Origin: Bacteroidaceae bacterium
GTDB taxonomy: Bacteria; Bacteroidota; Bacteroidia; Bacteroidales; Bacteroidaceae
Direction of reading: 5' to 3'
NCBI GenBank assembly: GCA_017965425.1
Contig: JAGCPY010000039.1
Coordinates: 11,389-75,388 of the forward strand
DNA length: 64,000 nt
Within the stretch, counting starts at the first letter, position 1. Every line of letters begins with the position of its first letter. Shown piece after piece: positions 55,864-64,000 of the stretch. The position numbers and the translations under genes were made by a program. The notes under the pieces were generated by a model. The model saw only the letters and a program-made list of their open reading frames with translations. It was not told the DNA's origin and did no database searches.

Positions 55864-57105
55864 ATGAGAAAGAACATTTTTATCTTCGTATTGACAGCCA
55901 TGTCCCTGTCTGCACAAGCACAGATGCAGTACGCCAACCCCGTGATTACCCGGTCAGCTCCCGACCCGACGATTATCCGAGATGGCAGGATTTTCTATCT
56001 CTATTCGACCGAGAACATCCATAACGTGCCCATCTATGCTTCCCGCAACCTGACGGAGTGGTCCTACGTCGGCACCTGCTTCACCGACCAGACTCGCCCG
56101 AAGATGGTTCCTGACGGCAGCATCTGGGCGCCCGACATCAACAAGATTGGCGACAATTATGTCCTCTATTATTCCAAGAGCAAATGGGGCGGCGAGTGGG
56201 AATGCGGCATCGGCGTGGCCACAGCTAAATCACCACGCGGACCGTTCAAAGACGTGGGCAAGCTGTTCATCAGCAGCGAAATCGACGTGCAAAACAGCAT
56301 CGACCCGTTCTTTATAGAAGAAGAGGACGGGCGCAAGTACCTGTTCTGGGGAAGCTTCCGCGGCATCTACGGCATCGAATTGTCTGAAGACGGACTCAGC
56401 CTCAAGCCCGGCGCTGAAAAGCAAAGGATTGCAGGGACAGAGACAGAAGCCACCTACATCCACAAGCGCGACGGCTACTATTATCTTATTGGCTCCGCCG
56501 GCAGTTGCTGCGAAGGCCTCAACAGCACCTATCGTCTGGTCATGGCACGCTCCAAGAACCTGTTCGGACCATACGTCAACAAAGAAGGCAAAGCGGCTTT
56601 GGACAACAACTTCTCGCTCCTCCTGCAAAGAAGCACACGCGTCGTCGGCCCTGGTCATTGTTCTGAAATCGTCCAAGACGATGCCGGACAAGACTGGATT
56701 CTTTACCACGGCTTCGATGTCGATGACCCCGAAGCAGGACGAAAGGTTTACCTCGACCCAGTGTCTTGGGTCAACGGCTGGCCCATGATCCGCCGCAGCA
56801 TGCCTTCCGCGACAGGCGACGCTCCCCTCTTCGGAGCCTCTGCCGACGTGGAAGAACTGCCCGCTGAGGCCGAAGGCTTTGTCGTTCTTCCACGTTCTGT
56901 CCGCGACAGCTTCACCATCCACTCCACGTCAGACACGTCGCTCTTCCGCTGGCGGCTGGTGGGCCTACACGGCGAAGTCGTCAAATCTGGCAGTGGACAA
57001 AAGAAGGCAAAGGTCAACATGGCCGACGTCCCCGAAGGAATGTACATTGTCACTATCAACAGCAAGAAGGGCGAAACAAGTCAGAAAATCCTGCGCCGTC
57101 CGTGA
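55864..57105 (+). CDS. GH43-family glycoside hydrolase with a T9SS CTD
   Basis: Internal Met start gives MRKNIFIFVLTAMSLSAQAQ. Motifs NPVITRSAPDPTIIRDG, IWAPDINKIGDNYVLYYS, TEATYIHKRDGYYYL. The CTD-like end is ...VPEGMYIVTINSKKGETSQKILRRP. Confidence 0.8.
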   Translation: MRKNIFIFVLTAMSLSAQAQMQYANPVITRSAPDPTIIRDGRIFYLYSTENIHNVPIYASRNLTEWSYVGTCFTDQTRPKMVPDGSIWAPDINKIGDNYVLYYSKSKWGGEWECGIGVATAKSPRGPFKDVGKLFISSEIDVQNSIDPFFIEEEDGRKYLFWGSFRGIYGIELSEDGLSLKPGAEKQRIAGTETEATYIHKRDGYYYLIGSAGSCCEGLNSTYRLVMARSKNLFGPYVNKEGKAALDNNFSLLLQRSTRVVGPGHCSEIVQDDAGQDWILYHGFDVDDPEAGRKVYLDPVSWVNGWPMIRRSMPSATGDAPLFGASADVEELPAEAEGFVVLPRSVRDSFTIHSTSDTSLFRWRLVGLHGEVVKSGSGQKKAKVNMADVPEGMYIVTINSKKGETSQKILRRP

Positions 57106-57167
57106 AGATTGGCAGGAATTTTGCCTTTAATGAATAGGTATTTCTCCCGCGTGTGGCGTTCTCGCCG

Positions 57168-57175
57168 TACCTTTG
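57168..57175 (+). promoter_or_regulatory. -7 box upstream of protein D
   Basis: TACCTTTG lies 65 nt upstream of the ATG at 57240. Confidence 0.45.
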
Positions 57176-57239
57176 CAGCAGATTTTTTGACGAAAGCTAT
57201 AACGTAAAAACATCTTATTCACTAAAAACATCAACGTCT

Positions 57240-60170
57240 ATGAAGAAAAGTTTACTTCTTGCACTGGGCCTCTTCGCAGGCATGACTGCACAGGCACAGC
57301 TGACCGAGTCGCCTTGGAAGAGTGCCGAGCCGGCTGACGGAACGTTCTATCTCTACAATGTGGAGACGGGCTTATGGTTGCAGAACAACCGTCGCGTCCA
57401 GGATCAATGGACAACCCACGTACAGCTGGACAAGCACGGTTTCGACTTCATCCTCACAGCCCTGCCCGATGGTGGCTTCCAGCTCAATCCTCGATTCGGC
57501 CACAACCACAGCCTCAATGGCGGCGAAGCCAACTGGGGTTACATGGACACGGGTGATCCTGTCACAGCGTGGGATTTCAGTCCTTCTTTGGACGGTCTCG
57601 GCTATGAGATTACCCACGACAATTTGAACCACTACCTGAATGTCACCGTCGATAGCTTGATTGACGACTTCGGAGAATGGGGTACATGGCAGCTCGTCAC
57701 GAAGGAACAGCGTATGGCTGACCTCGAGACCGCCACAAAGGCCAACCCGAAGGACGCCACATGGCTCATCGACGACTGGGACTTCGCCAACCAGAATGAG
57801 CGAAACAGCAGCTGGATTCGGGAAATCAACGGTTCCGGTTCGGGCATCGCCTTCAACCAAGGCTGGCCAGGCAACCGCGCCGTAGAGTGCTGGAGCAGCG
57901 GCCACGGCGAGTTCTATCAGCTCATCACAGGTCTGCCCAACGGCACGTATGGCATGAAGCTCCAGGGCTACTACCGCGACGGCTCCACAACTGGCGTCCT
58001 CGCCAAGCGTGAGGCTGGAGAAGAAGAAATCCGCGCCTGGTATTTTGCCAACGACGTATCCGCTCCTTTCATGTCTATTCTTGACAATGGCGTTGAAGAG
58101 GAAATTCCTGATGTCTATAGCAGCACATCCGGTTTCTTCGGTCCTGGCGACGGTGGAAGCGCCCTGCCACGTGCCTCCAACGGCTTCTTCCTGGGTTACT
58201 ACTGGAATCCCGAAATCAAGGTCGTTGTCAGCGACGGCACACTCCGCATCGGTGTCCGCAAGGAATCCGACGTGGCTGACGACTGGCTCGTCTTCGACAA
58301 CTTCCAACTCACTTATTACGGTTCGGACATCGACATCGACGAGGTTCGCGATAACCTGCTGAAGACCATCGACGAGGCTGCCGCATACGAGGGCAATGTC
58401 CTCCCCGTCCTCGCTGCTGCCAAAGAGACCGCCGAGACCGCTAAGACCTCGACCGACGCGAAGGTCATTGCTCAAGCTGCTACAGGCTTGCAACAGGCTT
58501 TGGCTGCCAACAAGGCGATGGTGGCTGCGCTCGCTGCTGCCGAAAAGGTTGTCAGTGAAGAATGGAAGCCCAACTTCTTCACCACGGCATACGCCACCGC
58601 ACAGAGCGCATCTCAAGGCACGGAGGTTGCTGACATCAATGCCGCAGCTGCCGAATTGACGAATGCCGTCAACGATGCCAATGGTGCCATCCTCACCCGT
58701 TTCTTCTTCCTCCAGACCATTCCATTTGCTCAGAAGGACGGCGTGGCTGCCGACATCATCTCTTCCACCAGCACCACTATCGATGCCAGCGAAAGCCTCG
58801 GTGCCATGAACAGCGCCCTCGACCTGCTCCGCACTGAGCGCAAGATCATGAACGCCGACAAGCACGCCGATGTCTTCAAAGGCGCTGTGCCTGAAGGCGG
58901 CGAATTCTACATCTATAATGTTGGTCTGAAGCGTTTCCTCTGTGGAGGCGGCGACTGGGGTGCACACGCCTATGTAGGCTTCCCCGGTGTGGAAGTGACC
59001 CTCATCTTCGACACCGCTTATCCTGAAGGCGGCGAAGAATACTCTGGTTTCCATATTGACACCCACCTGAACAACGGCGGCGAAAACGAGTACCTGAACT
59101 ATGGCGGTTACATGGACACCCCGAAGGGCGACCTCTGGGAGTTCATGCCCGTGGAAGGCAAGGAAGGCGTTTACAACATCGCACGTGCCAACAAGGAAGC
59201 CAACGCAGAAGGCCAGCGCATGTTGCTCGGCTATCGTCCCAACACCTACGGTAACATCGACACCGACATGTACGGCGAAGACGTTGCCGGCAACCAGTGG
59301 AAGCTCGTCACCCGTGCTGAGCGCGATGAGCTGCTGAAGACCGCCACCAACGACAACCCGCAAGATGCTTCCTACAAGATTGCCTGCCCGAACTTCAACC
59401 AGCGTGAAGACGACAGCGCATGGCTGCATGAAACCGGAGTCATCTTCGGACGCGGCGGCAACAATCCTGACTTTGCCTTTGAAGCTTGGAACACAAGCAG
59501 CCTCGACCTCTCGCAGATTGTCTATGAACTGGAACCCGGATGGTACAAGCTCTCTGTCAACGGCTTCTACCGCGATGGCGACCACGAGAACCAGATTCGC
59601 GTTCTTGCCACTGGTGGCGAAGCACGTCGCGATGCAGAAATCTTCACCGAAGATGGCACCACCCTCAAGCTGTTGAACATCTCTGCCGAAGTAGATAAAG
59701 CTCCTGGCATGGGTGACCGTCGCGCTCCACGCCCATTGATCCAAGCTGTTGACGAGGAAGGCAACCCGCTCTTCTACGAAGACGGCACCGAAGTAATGGT
59801 GGAAGACGAAACCGCCGATCCGCTTTACATTGGTGAGTTCCCCTACAACATCTACCAGTCCTGCAACTTCTTCCAGTCGGGTCTTTACAAAAACAGTATG
59901 CTCGTTCAGGTTCCTGCCAGCGGCGACCTCCTCATTGGCGTCAGCAAGGAACGTGATGACATGCCACGCGACTGGGTGGTTGTCGATAACTTCCGCCTCA
60001 CTTACTACGGCACACAGAAACCCGACGCAGATGCCATCGAAGCTGTCCGCGACGAGGTCGTGAAGACACGTGGTGAGAGCCGCATCTTCAACCTCCAGGG
60101 CGTAGAGATGAAGGGCAATCTCCAGCGCGGCCTCTATATCCAGGATGGCCAGAAGGTGCTGGTGAAGTAA
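57240..60170 (+). CDS. Giant T9SS cargo protein D: two lectin/beta-sandwich cassettes and a CTD, paralog of A and C
   Basis: Internal Met start gives MKKSLLLALGLFAGMTAQAQ. FYLYNVETGLWLQNN closely matches protein A. The cassettes end DNFQLTYYG and DNFRLTYYG. The CTD is ...IFNLQGVEMKGNLQRGLYIQDGQKVLVK. Confidence 0.9.
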   Translation: MKKSLLLALGLFAGMTAQAQLTESPWKSAEPADGTFYLYNVETGLWLQNNRRVQDQWTTHVQLDKHGFDFILTALPDGGFQLNPRFGHNHSLNGGEANWGYMDTGDPVTAWDFSPSLDGLGYEITHDNLNHYLNVTVDSLIDDFGEWGTWQLVTKEQRMADLETATKANPKDATWLIDDWDFANQNERNSSWIREINGSGSGIAFNQGWPGNRAVECWSSGHGEFYQLITGLPNGTYGMKLQGYYRDGSTTGVLAKREAGEEEIRAWYFANDVSAPFMSILDNGVEEEIPDVYSSTSGFFGPGDGGSALPRASNGFFLGYYWNPEIKVVVSDGTLRIGVRKESDVADDWLVFDNFQLTYYGSDIDIDEVRDNLLKTIDEAAAYEGNVLPVLAAAKETAETAKTSTDAKVIAQAATGLQQALAANKAMVAALAAAEKVVSEEWKPNFFTTAYATAQSASQGTEVADINAAAAELTNAVNDANGAILTRFFFLQTIPFAQKDGVAADIISSTSTTIDASESLGAMNSALDLLRTERKIMNADKHADVFKGAVPEGGEFYIYNVGLKRFLCGGGDWGAHAYVGFPGVEVTLIFDTAYPEGGEEYSGFHIDTHLNNGGENEYLNYGGYMDTPKGDLWEFMPVEGKEGVYNIARANKEANAEGQRMLLGYRPNTYGNIDTDMYGEDVAGNQWKLVTRAERDELLKTATNDNPQDASYKIACPNFNQREDDSAWLHETGVIFGRGGNNPDFAFEAWNTSSLDLSQIVYELEPGWYKLSVNGFYRDGDHENQIRVLATGGEARRDAEIFTEDGTTLKLLNISAEVDKAPGMGDRRAPRPLIQAVDEEGNPLFYEDGTEVMVEDETADPLYIGEFPYNIYQSCNFFQSGLYKNSMLVQVPASGDLLIGVSKERDDMPRDWVVVDNFRLTYYGTQKPDADAIEAVRDEVVKTRGESRIFNLQGVEMKGNLQRGLYIQDGQKVLVK

Positions 60171-60228
60171 ACACTGTCGGAAACCTGCGCAAAGACTTGC
60201 GCAAACAAACGACAAAGCAAGCGAAAAT

Positions 60229-60265
60229 GGAGGTCGTGTCAGCAGACACGGCCTCCTTTCTTTTG
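60229..60265 (+). terminator. Rho-independent terminator downstream of protein D
   Basis: GGAGGTCGTGTC-agca-GACACGGCCTCC (12 bp with one G-U pair) followed by TTTCTTTTG. Confidence 0.7.
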
Positions 60266-60325
60266 ATATTAATAGGTGAGCGAACAGTATGAAGCTGTCA
60301 AACATCGACACGAAAAACTTGGAAC

Positions 60326-60384
60326 GTGCACACCTTCAGCCTAGAACGTTTAAACCTTCCGAACGTAACGTCCACATCTTCAAG
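60326..60384. repeat. Degenerate R1 repeat units
   Basis: GTGCACACCTTCAGCCTAGAAC at 60326, GTTTAAACCTTCCGAAC at 60348, and a further decayed unit at 60365. Confidence 0.55.
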
Positions 60385-60436
60385 GCATTTTATTCAGAAA
60401 CGACACTCCACAGCTCCTACCCATGTCTTTTTCGTG

Positions 60437-60514
60437 AAAAATCCCTCAATCCCTCACCTACAAGTTCCTTTTATTCAAGCAGTTATCGCAAAAGGTGAGG
60501 GATTGAGGGTTTTT
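60437..60514. repeat. CCCTCACC hairpin element (family R2), near-perfect
   Basis: AAAAATCCCTCAATCCCTCACCT, a 33-nt loop (60460-60492), then AGGTGAGGGATTGAGGGTTTTT. Confidence 0.85.
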
Positions 60515-60775
60515 CATGAAAAACAAGGGTGGTGAGAGGTCAGCATCCGTTTACGAAAGCGAAAACTGGCGTTGTAGCTGGCTATACAGGCGGCCTCCCC
60601 GAGGGATGACATACCCTTGCTCAACTTGCCACGAGAGAAGTTCTTGGCGTAGTACGCAGGAGGTTTGGAAGCAAAAATTGTTCAATGCGACGCTAAAATC
60701 TTTTCAATCTGCTGCTTTGCCCGTTTTTTCCTTCGTTTTGACGCCCCCGTTTTTGTCTGTTCGTCTGAAATGCAG

Positions 60776-60783
60776 TACTTTTG
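60776..60783 (+). promoter_or_regulatory. -7 box upstream of the CotH gene
   Basis: TACTTTTG lies 12 nt upstream of the ATG at 60795. Confidence 0.4.
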
Positions 60784-60794
60784 ACCCCGAAAAC

Positions 60795-63700
60795 ATGAAA
60801 AGAATCCGTCATATCGTCTTTGCCATCATGCTGTCAGGGTTTTGTGCCCCGACCGTCATGGCCATTCCCCGATGGGTTGACGTCACCGCCGAATACTTCC
60901 GCAACCCCAGCTTTGACCGTCAGGACAAGTCCGACTGGACGATAGAGGGTGAAGCCCGCTCGCTGGCCGCCGTCAACAATGGCTGCATAGAAATGTGGTG
61001 GGGCTGGATGAACGCCTACCGTGAGCTGCAACTGCCTAATGGGCATTACCGGCTCAGCTTGCAGGCGTTGTTCCGCTTCCGTCGTCACGAATGGGCCTAT
61101 TCTCAGTACCTCGAAGGAGCAGACGAACACAGTGCTTTCGTGATGGCCAACGACGTACAGGCCGAGGTCCTCAGCGAATACACCTTCGGCTTTGACCATG
61201 AGGTGGGAAGATGTTACACGCCCAACGACAGCATCTGGTTCCCCAACTCGATGGAAACGGCGGAAATAGCCTTCAACCAAGGCGCTTACCCCTGTGAGCT
61301 GGAAGTGGAGGTGACGAATGGCCGACTCCATATCAGCATCTTCAACGACAATGCTCCCGAACTTGTCCACAGCGACAACTGGCTCGTCTTTGACCAAATC
61401 AAGCTGGAGCGTTTAGAAGAAATCATAGCGCCCACGGAAGGCGACCTCTGCGTGAACGAGGTCATGGCGGCCAACACAGACTTTCAGCTGAGCCCAGCCT
61501 TTAACTTCGACAGCTGGATAGAGCTCTTCAACCGTTCGGAAAAAGAGCTGACGCTGACTGGTTGCTACCTGAGCGACGACGCTGCATGGCCGACCAAGTG
61601 GCGTCTGCCCGACGGCATCGGCAAGATGGCCGCACACGGCTTCCGGCTGATTTGGTTCGGCAGCAACGGCATCCGCCCGCAACAGGCACCGTTCAAGCTC
61701 GACCCCGAGGGCGGCTCTCTCTTCCTCTCGGATTCCCAAGGCCGCCTGCTCCTGAGCTTCACCTACCCCGAAGCCATCAGCCGTTGCTCCTATGCCCGCA
61801 CGACCGACGGCGGGGACAGCTGGAGCTGGACGGACAAGCCCACACCAGCAACCAGCAACGAGAACACGACCTACGCAGACGTCCGCACCGAAGCTCCCCT
61901 CATCGCCACGGAAGGGGCATTGTTCGACGAATCGCTGCGCGTCATCGTGAAGAAGCCCAAAGACTCCACCCTGCGCTTTACCACCGACGGCAGCACGCCG
62001 ACAATGGAAAACGGCGACACCTCAGCCAACGGCATCTTCAACATCACGGAAACCACCAGCTTCCGTTTCCGCTGCTTCTCAGAAGGTATGCTGCCCAGTC
62101 CCGTCGTGAGCAGGACGTTTCTGCGACGCGACCACCCGCACACGCTGCCCATCATTGCCATTTCCACGCCCGAAGAATACCTCTATGACGATTCCATTGG
62201 CGTTTACACGCGCGGCGTGAACGGCTGCACCGGCAACGGACAATCCACGCCGGCCAACTGGAACATGGATTGGAACCGCCCCGTCAACTTCCAGTACATC
62301 CTTCCCGAAACGAACACGGTGGCGCTGAACCAAGATGTGGATTTTGCCATCTCCGGCGGATGGACACGATCGGGAGGCACGAAATCCTTCAAGCTCAAGG
62401 CCGACCGCGTCTATGAGAACCAGAACACTCTCCCCTACCCGTTCTTCGATGTCAAGCCATCCATCCGCAACAAGACCCTTCAGGTGCGCTTCGGCGGCAA
62501 TGATTCAGGCAGCCGCATCAAGGACGCCGCCCTGCACGTCATCCTCCAGCGTTCAGGCATCGACCTCGACGTGATGTCCTACCAGCCCGCCGTCCACTAT
62601 ATCAACGGCCACTACCGAGGACTCATCAACGTGCGTGAACCCAATAACAAGGATTTCGCCTTTGCCAACTGGGGCATCAGCAAGGACGAACTGGAGATCT
62701 ATGAACAAAGCCCAGACTCCGGAGCTTTCATGATGCTCGGCAAGAGCGACGTGCTCCTACACCTCTATGAACTCTCGCAAACCGCGGCTCAAGCCGATTC
62801 ATACGCCGAGATCTGCGACCTCGTGGATATCGATGAATTCACAAACTACATGGCCGCTGAACTTTACCTGGGGTCTTGGGACTGGCCCGACAACAACCTG
62901 AAAGCCTATCGCGCGAAGAACGGCGGACGCTATCGCGTCACGTTCTTTGACCTTGATGCCGCTTTCGGAACCGACGGTCGCGTCTGGGACGAGGAAGGCG
63001 AAGTCTATATTGGCGGCAACGCCTTCAAATGGATTGACGGAATGCAATGGCACCGTTATGATTATATCTATGACACCAGCGAGCATCGCTACGGAGAAAT
63101 CAAGTTCTGCACGTTCTTCCTCAACCTGTTGGAGAACGACGATTTTCGGCGACGCTTCATCACCACATTCTCAATGATGGGAAGCATTTTCGAGCCTAAC
63201 CGTGCTGCGGAAATCCTCGATGAATTGGGCGAACGCGTGCGCGAGACCATGTCTTGGGAGGGTGCCAGTCCCGACGGCTCGCTAAACGAAATTCGCAACA
63301 ACCTCAAGGGTCGTGCGGAAAAACTGTCGAAGCAGATGAAAGACTATGAACGCTTCCGCCTGAAAAACATCGCAGCCCAAGACGTGCACATCGAAGCGGC
63401 TCCTAAAGGTGGCGAGATCTTCATCAACGGCGTCCGTGTTCCCTACGGCGAATACAAAGGCAAGCTATTTCCTCCCGTGACGCTCAGCGCACAGGCACAT
63501 GGAGGCTATCGCTTCATGGGATGGCGCCTGGCAGAAGATACCAATCGCTACCTCACGGGTGCACAGGAGATGGAACTGCCCGCCGGCGAGGACGTTCATC
63601 TTGTTGCCGCTTTCCGCAAAATGACCTTGGGTGAACGCAAAGCAGGCTGTCCGCCCGTCTGCATGAATGAAGTCAGTGCGGCCAACACGATATATACGAA

Positions 63701-64000
63701 CGACTATTTCAAGCGTGCCGACTGGATTGAACTCTACAACACAACCAACGAAGATATAGACCTGACAGGCTACTTCCTGAGCGACGACCCGACAAACCCA
63801 GAGAAGTATCAGATTTCGACGGAAAGCCCTGCGGTCTCCACCATACTTCCCGCCAACGGTTACTGCCTCGTGTGGTGCGACGGCAAGGAAGCCATCAACC
63901 AGCTTCACGCCCCGTTCAAGCTCGATGCCGACGGCGGCATGGTCTCGGTCACTTCTGCCGACGGCACGTGGAAGAATGTCCTCTATTACCCGCCTCATCA
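60795..64000 (+). CDS. CotH kinase-family protein with an N-terminal DNFRL-type beta-sandwich and two lamin-tail (LTD) domains (3' end beyond the window)
   Basis: Not in the ORF track because no stop lies in the window. My translation is open from MKRIRHIVFAIMLSGFCAPTVMA to the edge. LTD 1 is CVNEVMAANTDF...WIELFNRSEKELTLTGCYLSDD. A FTTDGSTPT segment follows. The CotH core is PIIAISTPEEYLYDDSIGVYTRG...DELEIYE...AAELYLGSWDWPDNNLKAYR. LTD 2 is VCMNEVSAANT...WIELYNTTNEDIDLTGYFLSDD. Confidence 0.85.
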   Translation, partial: MKRIRHIVFAIMLSGFCAPTVMAIPRWVDVTAEYFRNPSFDRQDKSDWTIEGEARSLAAVNNGCIEMWWGWMNAYRELQLPNGHYRLSLQALFRFRRHEWAYSQYLEGADEHSAFVMANDVQAEVLSEYTFGFDHEVGRCYTPNDSIWFPNSMETAEIAFNQGAYPCELEVEVTNGRLHISIFNDNAPELVHSDNWLVFDQIKLERLEEIIAPTEGDLCVNEVMAANTDFQLSPAFNFDSWIELFNRSEKELTLTGCYLSDDAAWPTKWRLPDGIGKMAAHGFRLIWFGSNGIRPQQAPFKLDPEGGSLFLSDSQGRLLLSFTYPEAISRCSYARTTDGGDSWSWTDKPTPATSNENTTYADVRTEAPLIATEGALFDESLRVIVKKPKDSTLRFTTDGSTPTMENGDTSANGIFNITETTSFRFRCFSEGMLPSPVVSRTFLRRDHPHTLPIIAISTPEEYLYDDSIGVYTRGVNGCTGNGQSTPANWNMDWNRPVNFQYILPETNTVALNQDVDFAISGGWTRSGGTKSFKLKADRVYENQNTLPYPFFDVKPSIRNKTLQVRFGGNDSGSRIKDAALHVILQRSGIDLDVMSYQPAVHYINGHYRGLINVREPNNKDFAFANWGISKDELEIYEQSPDSGAFMMLGKSDVLLHLYELSQTAAQADSYAEICDLVDIDEFTNYMAAELYLGSWDWPDNNLKAYRAKNGGRYRVTFFDLDAAFGTDGRVWDEEGEVYIGGNAFKWIDGMQWHRYDYIYDTSEHRYGEIKFCTFFLNLLENDDFRRRFITTFSMMGSIFEPNRAAEILDELGERVRETMSWEGASPDGSLNEIRNNLKGRAEKLSKQMKDYERFRLKNIAAQDVHIEAAPKGGEIFINGVRVPYGEYKGKLFPPVTLSAQAHGGYRFMGWRLAEDTNRYLTGAQEMELPAGEDVHLVAAFRKMTLGERKAGCPPVCMNEVSAANTIYTNDYFKRADWIELYNTTNEDIDLTGYFLSDDPTNPEKYQISTESPAVSTILPANGYCLVWCDGKEAINQLHAPFKLDADGGMVSVTSADGTWKNVLYYPPH

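Noticed and set aside
57372-60311. A 979 aa open reading frame on the minus strand, antisense to protein D
   Set aside because: The plus-strand frame has a signal peptide, a T9SS CTD and clear paralogy to A and C. The antisense product is low-information (V/G/A/E/D-rich), with no start context, motifs or signal peptide. Long antisense ORFs are expected in GC-rich genes with this codon bias.
60540-60720. Possible gene remnant in the spacer before the CotH gene
   Set aside because: No frame gives a convincing open reading frame or motif, so I cannot support a pseudogene call from the sequence alone.

Overview
This window looks like a Bacteroidales chromosome, probably Prevotellaceae-like. That is an inference from a SusC/SusD pair, a hybrid two-component regulator, many T9SS C-terminal sorting domains (CTDs) and TAnnTTTG -7 promoter boxes. 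The window has five parts. (1) 1-18.9 kb holds housekeeping genes (frr, rsgA, trxA, dnaE, psd, pssA, pyrH, aroQ, a polyprenyl synthase, a radical SAM gene), a TonB-dependent receptor, and a VTC/DUF4956/DUF2490 operon at the left edge. (2) 18.9-33 kb, all on the minus strand, holds three giant T9SS cargo proteins (A 1021 aa, B 1306 aa, C 1792 aa). Each is followed by a paralogous 50-63 aa mini-ORF with a Trp-rich acidic tail. Protein C begins with a clear PI-specific phospholipase C domain. (3) 33-49.9 kb is directly upstream on the same strand with only short gaps. It is an alpha-mannan-type polysaccharide utilisation locus (PUL): glutaminase-like enzyme, IPT/TIG lipoprotein, SusC, SusD, surface lipoprotein, GH92, BNR/CBM9 protein, GH76. 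(4) 50-57 kb holds two GH43 genes and the hybrid regulator. (5) 57.2-60.2 kb holds a fourth giant paralog (D, plus strand), and 60.8-64 kb holds a CotH kinase-family protein cut by the window edge. Three dispersed non-coding repeat families are present: phased 22-bp palindrome arrays, CCCTCACC hairpins with invariant 33-nt loops, and ~150-165 bp GC-rich inverted-repeat cassettes that fill operon intergenic gaps and are partly translated. I recognised no rRNA, tRNA, CRISPR array, transposase or integrase. The best candidate for a new system is the giant T9SS cargo plus mini-ORF array, with its PI-PLC-lectin fusion attached to the mannan PUL.
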